NCBI GenBank assembly: GCA_964637575.1
Contig: CAZWVU010000003.1
Span: forward strand, 65,586 to 129,585
Origin: an uncultured Candidatus Saccharibacteria bacterium
GTDB lineage: Bacteria; Patescibacteriota; Minisyncoccia; UBA6257; WO2-44-18
Length of the DNA: 64,000 nt
Direction of reading: 5' to 3'
A program made the translations under genes and the position numbers. The notes under the pieces were generated by a model. The model was not told where the DNA came from. It did not search any database and saw nothing but the letters and a program-made list of their open reading frames with translations. Of this stretch, positions 49,576 to 57,549 are shown in pieces. Positions within the stretch are counted from its first letter, which is position 1; the number at the start of each line of letters is the position of its first letter.

Positions 49576-49938
49576 TTACCTTAATTTCGTCGGGGGAATT
49601 GCCGGCAATCCCTCCAGTGTAAAGTTCTGGTCCTGATTCTCAATCACGATGTCGTTATGTTCGGCGACTTTGCTCGCGACCACCCCCTGCACTTTGTCGG
49701 CGATGATTTTCAAACCGGCGGCGAAGACCGAGAAAAATCCCGGCGTCTGGGGCTGGGCGTTGGCGGCCACTTCTCCCGTATCCGCCTGCGCCGTCTGGGC
49801 AAGCGAGGGGATAGTAACGCGCACGTAGACCGTCCAGAGTCCGACGACGACGATCATGGAAACCGCGCTGAAAGCCGCCAGCCAGAGTTTTTTGGTGCGC
49901 TCGTCGGAGTTTTGAATTTTGGCGATAAAGGTTCTCAT
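49576..49938 (-). CDS. Hypothetical single-TM protein upstream of gyrA
   Basis: 120 aa, one TM, tightly coupled to gyrA. Confidence 0.75.
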   Translation of the reverse strand: MRTFIAKIQNSDERTKKLWLAAFSAVSMIVVVGLWTVYVRVTIPSLAQTAQADTGEVAANAQPQTPGFFSVFAAGLKIIADKVQGVVASKVAEHNDIVIENQDQNFTLEGLPAIPPTKLR

Positions 49939-50211
49939 TTACCCCGTTAGATAGTTTTTTAACCGATTCTTTATATATCGTTTACCCCAAGCAGTTTTCA
50001 GATATTTTTCGCGATGGGTAGCGTCCTGCTGATGGCCAGACGCTTCATAATATACCAGTTTGACGGGTAAACGATCTTTCGTTGAAGCGACCTTACCTTC
50101 GTTATGAAGTTTTAATCTGTTGTTAAGGTCGCTGGTATAACCAGTGTAGAATTGACCATCTTTCTTACTTTGCAAGATATACGTGTAATACATTGTATCT
50201 AACGGGGTGAA
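49938..50211. mobile_element. 274-bp element bounded by terminal IRs and carrying a GIY-YIG gene
   Basis: TTTACCCCGTTAGATA (49938-49953) and TATCTAACGGGGTGAA (50196-50211), a 15/16 inverted match. Confidence 0.75.
49939..50193 (-). CDS. Small GIY-YIG nuclease
   Basis: MYYTYILQS...FYTGYT.DL..R...HN.G...T..R.P..LVYYE...RE.YLK..WG. Confidence 0.93.
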   Translation of the reverse strand: MYYTYILQSKKDGQFYTGYTSDLNNRLKLHNEGKVASTKDRLPVKLVYYEASGHQQDATHREKYLKTAWGKRYIKNRLKNYLTG

Positions 50212-50212
50212 C

Positions 50213-50758
50213 TTATGCTTTTAATACCACCACTTTCATTCCCGGTGTAATATCTTTTTTCTTGATGACCAGTTTTTCCTCCGGTTCGGCTTTCTTCTCT
50301 ACTTCCTTCAAAAACGCCGCCACCTCCGCCGGCTTTATATATGAAGGGATGACGATCTTGGGCTGGATCTGCTTGATCACTTTGGCGCTGATGCCCGCCG
50401 GCGCGAAGAGAATGTCCACTTCGCCGAGCTTGTCCAAAAGCCCCGGCTCCATCTCCTGCATCGCCTCGCCCATAAACACCAGCCGCATCTCCTCGGTTTT
50501 TACCAAGTAAGTTGTGGCCAGCCCGCCTGAGGCGGGAAATCCCCCCATTTCCACTTCGGAAATTTCATATTCGCCCGGTCCGTAAATATGCCCCGCTTCC
50601 GGCGGCCACGTCTTTAGTACGGAGTTCTTAGTTCCAAGTTCTAAGTTCTGCGTATGCAGGGTTATGTCGCCTTTGAAACGCGGCAGGGGATCAGTGATGA
50701 TACTCACTTTTCCTGATTGGATCTTAAAGCACCGCTCTCCTGCGTAGGTGATTACCAT
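50213..50758 (-). CDS. MBL-fold metallo-hydrolase-like protein with degenerate metal site
   Basis: MVITY.G..CFKIQSG, GPGEYEI, G.VDILF.P, PKIVIP. Confidence 0.8.
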   Translation of the reverse strand: MVITYAGERCFKIQSGKVSIITDPLPRFKGDITLHTQNLELGTKNSVLKTWPPEAGHIYGPGEYEISEVEMGGFPASGGLATTYLVKTEEMRLVFMGEAMQEMEPGLLDKLGEVDILFAPAGISAKVIKQIQPKIVIPSYIKPAEVAAFLKEVEKKAEPEEKLVIKKKDITPGMKVVVLKA

Positions 50759-50840
50759 AAGAATACTTTCTATTTTACACTACTTTCTGACCAAAACAAA
50801 GTATTTATGCTACTTGAAAAACATCTGCTTAAGAGTGATA

Positions 50841-51551
50841 ATGAGCGAGAAATCAATGAATTTTACTTGCCCGTACTGTAATAGGCCAACGACAATAACC
50901 GGCCCCAATTCTTTTTCTGATTGGCGACATATCGTTATAGCAAAATCAACGCTTGGGAATGCCGGGTTATTTTCTCGAGCTATTACTTGCCCCAATAAAG
51001 AATGTAATAAGCTTTGGCTTCATATTGGGCTTTATGAGGCAGATTATGCAGGACGCCGAGTTGAATATAACCGCCTGAATCAGTGGCAGCTTTTGCCAGA
51101 ATCGGAAGCGAGGGTTTTACCAGAGTATATACCCGCACCAATACAGGAGGACTATTATGAAGCATGCAGAATCCGTGATTTAAGCCCGAAGGCATCCGCC
51201 ACACTCGCGAGACGTTGCCTACAGGGCATGATCCGTGATTTTTGGAAGATTAAAAAGGCGCGACTTAAGGAAGAAGTTGATGCGCTGGAAGAAAAAGTGG
51301 ATGCGGATACTTGGTCGAGTATAGATGCAGTCAGAAGTGTCGGTAACATTGGCGCGCACATGGAAAGAGACATTGATGTCATCGTTGCGGTTGAGCCACA
51401 AGAGGCGCAGCTACTAATTGGTCTTATCGAGCAATTGATTGACGATTGGTATGTCGCCCGAGATTCTAGGCACAAGCGCACAGAAGAATTAAAAAAGTTG
51501 GCAATGGATAAGCAAGAACAAAGAAGTGGAGCTGAAAAAAAGGAAGAATAA
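50841..51551 (+). CDS. DUF4145 (HEPN-like) protein with N-terminal zinc ribbon
   Basis: CPYC..CPN.EC; DY.EA....SPKASATL.RRCLQ; R..GN.GAH. Confidence 0.85.
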   Translation: MSEKSMNFTCPYCNRPTTITGPNSFSDWRHIVIAKSTLGNAGLFSRAITCPNKECNKLWLHIGLYEADYAGRRVEYNRLNQWQLLPESEARVLPEYIPAPIQEDYYEACRIRDLSPKASATLARRCLQGMIRDFWKIKKARLKEEVDALEEKVDADTWSSIDAVRSVGNIGAHMERDIDVIVAVEPQEAQLLIGLIEQLIDDWYVARDSRHKRTEELKKLAMDKQEQRSGAEKKEE

Positions 51552-51555
51552 AATT

Positions 51556-51822
51556 ATGCGCACAAGTACAAAAATATTAATCGGAGTAGTTGCTTTTCTT
51601 GCAGTATTATTTGTATTTACCCGGTATGCCCCTAACTCTCCAAAAACTGATCCAGAAGCAATAAAGAAAACGCTCCAAATATTAATCAACGGCAACGACG
51701 CCAAAATACAAGAACTCCAGGATGAGATCAAGAAAACCAGAGCTTCAAGTGACTGCCTGAAGTCAGCGATTGTGTCATATAAGGACCAAGGCTTTCAGGA
51801 AATTTTAAGCAGTTGCCAATAA
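51556..51822 (+). CDS. Small TM plus coiled-coil protein with Cys pair
   Basis: 88 aa, 4 bp after the DUF4145 stop. Confidence 0.6.
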   Translation: MRTSTKILIGVVAFLAVLFVFTRYAPNSPKTDPEAIKKTLQILINGNDAKIQELQDEIKKTRASSDCLKSAIVSYKDQGFQEILSSCQ

Positions 51823-51915
51823 CTTACTCAAAGAATAAGGCATTGCACTGGTTTGGCATTAATTAAATAAAAAATCCCCCTTGCGGGTATTTTTATTTTC
51901 GGCGAAGATGGCTGG

Positions 51916-53070
51916 ATGGCCGATGAATTACCAGAGGGGCTGAAGGGAATGAAAAAAGTTAAATCATCTGACGGTGATTTTGTCGCCAAGAAAAAGCCCG
52001 GAAAAATATATGTTTCTGACTTCTCTGCAAAAGAGGGGAAGTATTTTAGCGTGATTGCGGATGAAGGAGGTGGCAAGGTTCTGCATGATAGCGCCCGACT
52101 TCAGATCCGAGCTTGTTTTATCACGAAGCTCGGACAGGTGAACGAATTGAAGATTCAACGATTTGAAAAAAAGAAAGGAGAAGTCGTTCCGGGCAGTGTA
52201 GTCGAAATACGTATTGACACCGCTAATTTAGCCGTGCTCCGCGAGTTTGTCGACTTTATCCAGCGAGCCGACCTAGCATCGGTTGCTGCCGGGCGGCTTA
52301 GTTTTGACGCCGACCTGAAGCTAGAAAAAGGATTACAGGCCAAGCTGGTGGCTCTTGCGCAGGACGAGGGCGGGAGGGCAATGCTCCTTAAACTTTTCGA
52401 AGATGGATATCTCACATCTGGCCTCGATGTTTCCGATCTTATCAAAAAAGGATTATCGCATGAGAAGCTTGAGCAAAAATTTGCCATCCTTACAAAATTT
52501 GAAAAACTAATTAAAACCCCCGATATCAGCGAGTTAAAGATTCAGGAATTTCTCACTTCGGCGCCATGGATTTTTGGTCCTGAATATACTGCTGTTGATA
52601 TTCGCGATGCCGGTTCATCCGGAGTACCGGATCGGCGCTTGAAAAGAATCGACGGGCTGAGCGATATCTTAGAGTTCAAGCTTCCGTCCGCTGAAGTTCT
52701 GAGAGCTGATAAAATGGGCAGGCAATACATTGCGCCCGCGGCGGCTGAGGCGCTCGGTCAATTAATGGCCTATCTTGAATACTATACGAGCGAATACCAG
52801 GAGCTAAAAAAAGACGTGGATGGGAAGGAGGTGCTAGAAGAGTTTCGTGGTCGTTACTACAAGCCAAAGGGAATCCTTTTAATTGGTCGGAGAAGCGCCG
52901 CTTCAGGAGTTGATGGCGTGAAGGCGACGACCGACGTTCAACCGAAGCACCTGCGGCGCATGATGTCATTCTTTCACGGCATCGAGGTTCTCACATATGA
53001 CGATTTAATTGAGCGCGCTCGGAATGGATTGGTTGCAATATCGGGCGATGGCGCATCTACGTGGGTGTAG
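51916..53070 (+). CDS. sduA: Shedu anti-phage nuclease (DUF4263)
   Basis: E..IQEFL...PWIFG, PD...D....ILEFKLP, Q...Y, PKGILLIGR, IEVLTYDDL..R. Confidence 0.85.
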   Translation: MADELPEGLKGMKKVKSSDGDFVAKKKPGKIYVSDFSAKEGKYFSVIADEGGGKVLHDSARLQIRACFITKLGQVNELKIQRFEKKKGEVVPGSVVEIRIDTANLAVLREFVDFIQRADLASVAAGRLSFDADLKLEKGLQAKLVALAQDEGGRAMLLKLFEDGYLTSGLDVSDLIKKGLSHEKLEQKFAILTKFEKLIKTPDISELKIQEFLTSAPWIFGPEYTAVDIRDAGSSGVPDRRLKRIDGLSDILEFKLPSAEVLRADKMGRQYIAPAAAEALGQLMAYLEYYTSEYQELKKDVDGKEVLEEFRGRYYKPKGILLIGRRSAASGVDGVKATTDVQPKHLRRMMSFFHGIEVLTYDDLIERARNGLVAISGDGASTWV

Positions 53071-53072
53071 TT

Positions 53073-53101
53073 TTGACTTCCTATTCACCTTTTGCTACTA
53101 T
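53073..53101 (+). promoter_or_regulatory. Sigma70 promoter of rpsA
   Basis: TTGACT-17 bp-TACTAT with extended TG. Confidence 0.75.
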
Positions 53102-53192
53102 TGAACGCAAGTTGTTTCTCGCGGGAGAACTCCAATTATAAACCAATCGGCTTCGCGCGCTGCGCGGGCCAACAAATAAATTACTTATCCGG

Positions 53193-54284
53193 ATGACGAC
53201 TCCAGTTAATAAGACGAATTCACAGCTTGGGAATATTTTAAAAGCCGGCACCAATCTGGTTACGATCCTCAAGCAGGGTGACCTGGTGGAAGCGAAATTA
53301 ATGAAGCGCGCGCAGAAAGCGGTGTATTTTGATCTCGGCGCGCTCGGCACCGGCGTGGTCTACGGCTACGAACTGATGAACGCGCAGGACGCGCTCAAAG
53401 ATCTCAAGATCGGCGACAGCACGACGGTCAAAGTCGTGGATCCGGAAAATGCCGACGGCTACGTGGAACTTTCGCTCCGCGAAGTGGGCAAGCAGAAGGC
53501 CTGGCAGGAGGTGAAAGAGCTGAAGGAAAAAGGCGAGGTCATTTCCATTAAAGTGGGCGGCGCCAACAGCGGCGGCCTGATGACCGAGGTGAATAATCTG
53601 AAAGCGTTCCTGCCGATCTCCCAGCTTTCCAGCTCGCATTTCCCGAAAGTGGATGACGGCAACAAGGACAAGATCACCGAAGAACTCAAGAAGCTCATCG
53701 GCACGGAATTGAAAGTGAAGATCATTGACGTCAATCCGCGCAACTACAAGCTGATCCTCTCCGAGCGCGAGAGCGTGAGCGAGAACGTCAAGGAATTGCT
53801 CACCAAATACAAGGCGGGCGACGTCGTGGACGGCACGATCTCCGGCGTGGCTGATTTCGGCGCCTTCTTCCAGTTTGCCGACAACCCGGCGATTGAAGGC
53901 CTCATCCACATTTCCGAGTTGAGCCACAAGCTTATTGAGAATCCGAAGGATGTGGTGAAAGTCGGCGACGCGGTGAAGGCGAAGATCACCGAGATCAAGG
54001 ACGGCCGCGTGTCGCTTTCGTTGAAAGCGCTCCAGCCGAACCCGTGGGATACGGTGGAATCGCGCTACAAGGCGGGCGAGACCTACAAGGGAACCGTGCT
54101 CCGCTACAATCCGTTCGGCGCCTTCATCGGCCTTGATTCCGAGATCCAGGGATTGATCCACGTTTCCGAATTTGGCGGCATTGAAGAGATGAAAAAGGCG
54201 ATAGAAGTCGGCAAGCAGTACAACTTCACGATTGACTCCATCAAACCGGCGGAGAAGCGCATCATTCTCAAAATGAAGAAATAA
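53193..54284 (+). CDS. rpsA: 30S ribosomal protein S1, four-domain form
   Basis: Four S1 repeats ([27 protein letters not shown]). Confidence 0.9.
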   Translation: MTTPVNKTNSQLGNILKAGTNLVTILKQGDLVEAKLMKRAQKAVYFDLGALGTGVVYGYELMNAQDALKDLKIGDSTTVKVVDPENADGYVELSLREVGKQKAWQEVKELKEKGEVISIKVGGANSGGLMTEVNNLKAFLPISQLSSSHFPKVDDGNKDKITEELKKLIGTELKVKIIDVNPRNYKLILSERESVSENVKELLTKYKAGDVVDGTISGVADFGAFFQFADNPAIEGLIHISELSHKLIENPKDVVKVGDAVKAKITEIKDGRVSLSLKALQPNPWDTVESRYKAGETYKGTVLRYNPFGAFIGLDSEIQGLIHVSEFGGIEEMKKAIEVGKQYNFTIDSIKPAEKRIILKMKK

Positions 54285-54300
54285 AGGTATACTCAAAACC

Positions 54301-54567
54301 ATGCTAACTTCCAGAAAGAAAAAAACAGTTATCAAAGAACACGGCGTACATGAAACCGATACCGGCTCGGCGGCGGTTCAGATCGGTTTGCTGTCCAAGC
54401 AGATCGAGGAACTGACTGGCCATCTCAAGAAGCACCAGAAGGATAACCACTCCCGCCGCGGATTGCTTAAGATGGTCGGCAAGCGCCGCCGCCTGCTGGT
54501 CTATCTCGAGAAGACCGACAACAAGACCTACAACTCGCTCGTCAAGAAACTCGGGCTGAAAAAGTAG
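54301..54567 (+). CDS. rpsO: 30S ribosomal protein S15
   Basis: [34 protein letters not shown]. Confidence 0.98.
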   Translation: MLTSRKKKTVIKEHGVHETDTGSAAVQIGLLSKQIEELTGHLKKHQKDNHSRRGLLKMVGKRRRLLVYLEKTDNKTYNSLVKKLGLKK

Positions 54568-54617
54568 CCCCGCCGGTACAATATAGGGTTATTGTGACGC
54601 TTAATAACTAACACATC

Positions 54618-55178
54618 ATGATAAAAAACAAAGAACAGAGAGTCGGAATCTTCATTGATGTCCAGAATCTCTATCACTCCGCCAAAAATTTATACAAGGC
54701 CAGGGTGAATTTTAAGGAACTCGTAAAATCACTGACCGGCGGGCGCAAGCTCATCCGCGCCATCGCCTACGTCGTGAAGACCGAAGCCACCGAAGGAGAG
54801 TCGGCTTTTTTTGACGCGCTCAAACAGGCGGGCATCGAACTCCGGATCAAGGACATCCAGATCTATCCGGGCGGCGCAAAAAAAGCGGACTGGGACGTCG
54901 GCATGGCGGTGGACGCCATCCGCATGTCTGGGTTTCTCGATGTGATTGTGCTGGTGACGGGGGACGGCGACTTCCTGCCGCTGGTGGATTATCTGAAGTG
55001 GGGCGCCGGCCGGGTGGTAGAAGTGGCGGCCTTCAGCCGGACAACCAAGACCGAGATGAAATCGCAGGGTGATGAATTCATCCCGATAGAAGATATCCGC
55101 GGCGCCCTCATCCGGGGAGCGATCGGCCGGATGAACAGCCGCCGGGCGGGTAATCAGGAAAGCGCCGACAACGAATAA
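54618..55178 (+). CDS. NYN-domain (LabA/DUF88) PIN-like nuclease
   Basis: FIDVQNLY, KADWDVGMAVDA, VTGDGDF.PLV. Confidence 0.92.
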   Translation: MIKNKEQRVGIFIDVQNLYHSAKNLYKARVNFKELVKSLTGGRKLIRAIAYVVKTEATEGESAFFDALKQAGIELRIKDIQIYPGGAKKADWDVGMAVDAIRMSGFLDVIVLVTGDGDFLPLVDYLKWGAGRVVEVAAFSRTTKTEMKSQGDEFIPIEDIRGALIRGAIGRMNSRRAGNQESADNE

Positions 55179-55185
55179 CACAAAT

Positions 55186-57309
55186 ATGGAACTCAACAAA
55201 AAACAATTTAAAATGGATTTTCACGGCCGGCCGCTGACGCTGGAAGTGTCGCGCCTTGCCGAGCAGGCCAATGCCGCGGTGATCGGCCGCTACGGCGACA
55301 CGGTGGTGATGACGACGGTGGTGATGGGCGACACGGAGCGCGACATCGATTATTTCCCGCTCACCGTGGATTACGAGGAGCGTTTTTATTCCGTCGGCAA
55401 AATTCTCGGCAGCCGGTTCCTGCGCCGCGAGGGCCGGCCGGCGACGGAGGCGATTCTCGCGGGTCGCGTTATCGACCGCTCCATCCGTCCGCTGTTTGAC
55501 CACCGCCTGCGCCGCGACGTGCAGGTGATCGTTACCGTGCTCCAGCTCGATGATGAAAATACCCAGGATTTCATCACGCTTCTGACGACCTCGGCGGCGC
55601 TCGCCATTTCCAATATTCCGTGGAACGGCCCGGTGGCCGGGATGTCGCTGTCGCACGACGGCAAGGCGCTCATGCTAAACCCGACCAACTCCCAGCTCGC
55701 GAAGGCCGAAGCCGCGGAGGGCGGTTTCAGGAGTTTTGTCGCCGGGACGAAAGACCGGATCAACATGATCGAACTCGAAGGCGTGGACACGCAGGAAGGC
55801 GAAGTGGCCAAGGCCTACGACCTGGCCCAGAAAGAAATCGCCAAGCTGGTGGAATGGCAGCAGGAGATCGTCAAAGAAGCAGGCAAGCCGAAAGCCACCG
55901 TGCACCTCGCGGAGATGGATCAGACGCTCGTGAAAATGGTGCGCGATTTTCTCAAGGACAAGCTTGAAGGCGCGATGTTCGTGAAACAGAAACAGGAAAT
56001 GGAGAAGAAGATGGCGGAACTGCGCGGGGCGCTCCAGGGGCATCTTGTCACCGCCGGCCTCGGCGACGCGAAGCAGATCGCGGAAGCGATGCATATTTTG
56101 GACGAGGAAACCAATGAACTGGTGCACGAAAAAGTCCTGCGTGAGCAGAAGCGGCCGGACGGCCGCAAGCTCGACGAGATCCGCGATCTCCACGCCGAAG
56201 TGGGCGTACTCAACCGCGCGCACGGTTCAGCGGTGTTCATCCGCGGCAACACGCAGGCGCTTGCGGTGACGACCATCGCCCCGCCGGGATCGGAACAACT
56301 GGTGGAAGGCGTGACCTTCTCCGGCAAAAAGCGTTTCATGCTCCATTATAATTTCCATCCGTACTCCACCGGTGAGACGGGGAGAGTGGGAAGCCCGGGA
56401 CGGCGCGAGATCGGCCATGGCGCGCTTGCCGAAAAAGCGGTGCAGAGTCTGATCCCGCCGCAGTCTGAATTTCCCTATACAATCCGCGTGGTCTCCGAAA
56501 TCCTTTCGTCCAACGGTTCATCTTCCATGGCCACCGTGTGCGGTTCGTGCCTTTCGTTGATGGACGCCGGCGTGCCGATCAAAAAACTCGCCGCGGGCAT
56601 CGCGATGGGCCTGATGACGGGAAAGAACGGCGAGTATAAAGTGCTCACCGATATCCAGGGTCCGGAGGATCACCACGGCGACATGGATTTCAAAGTGGCG
56701 GGAACGCATGACGGCATCCGCGCGATCCAGATGGACGTGAAAATTGACGGCCTCACCAACGCGATGCTCAAGGACGCGCTCGCCCAGGCGAAGAAGGCGC
56801 GCCAGGAAATTCTGAAAGTGATGGAGAAAACCATTTCCAAACCGCGCGCCGAGCTGTCTCCGTTCGCGCCGCGGGTGCTGACAATGAAAGTGAATCCGGA
56901 AAAGATCGGCGAGATTATCGGTCCCGGCGGCAAGACGATCAACGGCATCATCGAGCGGACCGGTGCGCTTACTATAGATATAGAACAGACCGGTGAAGTC
57001 TTTATTGCCGGCGCCACCAAAGAAACCGCCGAAGCCGCGTACAAAGAAGTGGAGAGCATCGTCAAGGAGTATCACATCGGGGATATTGTGGAAGGGCCGA
57101 TCGTGAAAATTCTGGAATTCGGCGCGATTGTGCAATTCGCTCCGGGGCGCGACGGGATGATCCACGTTTCCGAGCTTAAGCAGGGATTCGTGAAAAAGGT
57201 GGAGGATGTGGTGAAGCTGGGCGATGTTGTCCGCGTCAAGATTATCAAAGCCGATCCCGACGGCCGTATCGGCCTTTCCCTGAAGGCCATGAACGAGGGG
57301 AGCAAATAG
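55186..57309 (+). CDS. pnp: Polyribonucleotide nucleotidyltransferase
   Basis: FPLTVDYEE, RREIGHGALAE, SNGSSSMA, EDHHGDMDFKVAG, KH and S1 domains. Confidence 0.98.
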   Translation: MELNKKQFKMDFHGRPLTLEVSRLAEQANAAVIGRYGDTVVMTTVVMGDTERDIDYFPLTVDYEERFYSVGKILGSRFLRREGRPATEAILAGRVIDRSIRPLFDHRLRRDVQVIVTVLQLDDENTQDFITLLTTSAALAISNIPWNGPVAGMSLSHDGKALMLNPTNSQLAKAEAAEGGFRSFVAGTKDRINMIELEGVDTQEGEVAKAYDLAQKEIAKLVEWQQEIVKEAGKPKATVHLAEMDQTLVKMVRDFLKDKLEGAMFVKQKQEMEKKMAELRGALQGHLVTAGLGDAKQIAEAMHILDEETNELVHEKVLREQKRPDGRKLDEIRDLHAEVGVLNRAHGSAVFIRGNTQALAVTTIAPPGSEQLVEGVTFSGKKRFMLHYNFHPYSTGETGRVGSPGRREIGHGALAEKAVQSLIPPQSEFPYTIRVVSEILSSNGSSSMATVCGSCLSLMDAGVPIKKLAAGIAMGLMTGKNGEYKVLTDIQGPEDHHGDMDFKVAGTHDGIRAIQMDVKIDGLTNAMLKDALAQAKKARQEILKVMEKTISKPRAELSPFAPRVLTMKVNPEKIGEIIGPGGKTINGIIERTGALTIDIEQTGEVFIAGATKETAEAAYKEVESIVKEYHIGDIVEGPIVKILEFGAIVQFAPGRDGMIHVSELKQGFVKKVEDVVKLGDVVRVKIIKADPDGRIGLSLKAMNEGSK

Positions 57310-57383
57310 CCAATCCCAGCGAGGTTATCCATGCGGAAGCCGGATTGCTTCTCGGGAACGTCCCGCAGATATATATAAAAAAA

Positions 57384-57446
57384 CGAACCCTCCTTCCCGC
57401 AGACAGGATTGAAGCCCGACGTCCTGTCGAGGAGAAGGAGGGTTTG
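57384..57446. repeat. 63-bp dispersed hairpin repeat, copy 2
   Basis: 60/63 identical to 9138-9200, same orientation. Confidence 0.9.
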
Positions 57447-57549
57447 TAAAAAGTTATTCTGTTTCCCAAAAGCAGTCTGGCTGACCGAGTGCCAAGTTAT
57501 GCACAGAACCGCCGATCAACGGCGGTTCTGTGCGTTATAATGAACCTAG

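Noticed and set aside
48227-49636. Long antisense ORFs (also 7627-8580, 17116-18336, 26968-27999, 28813-29847, 38383-39534, 42055-43140, 53298-54335, 58822-59967)
   Set aside because: They are shadows of well-supported genes on the opposite strand, as expected from GC-rich codon bias.
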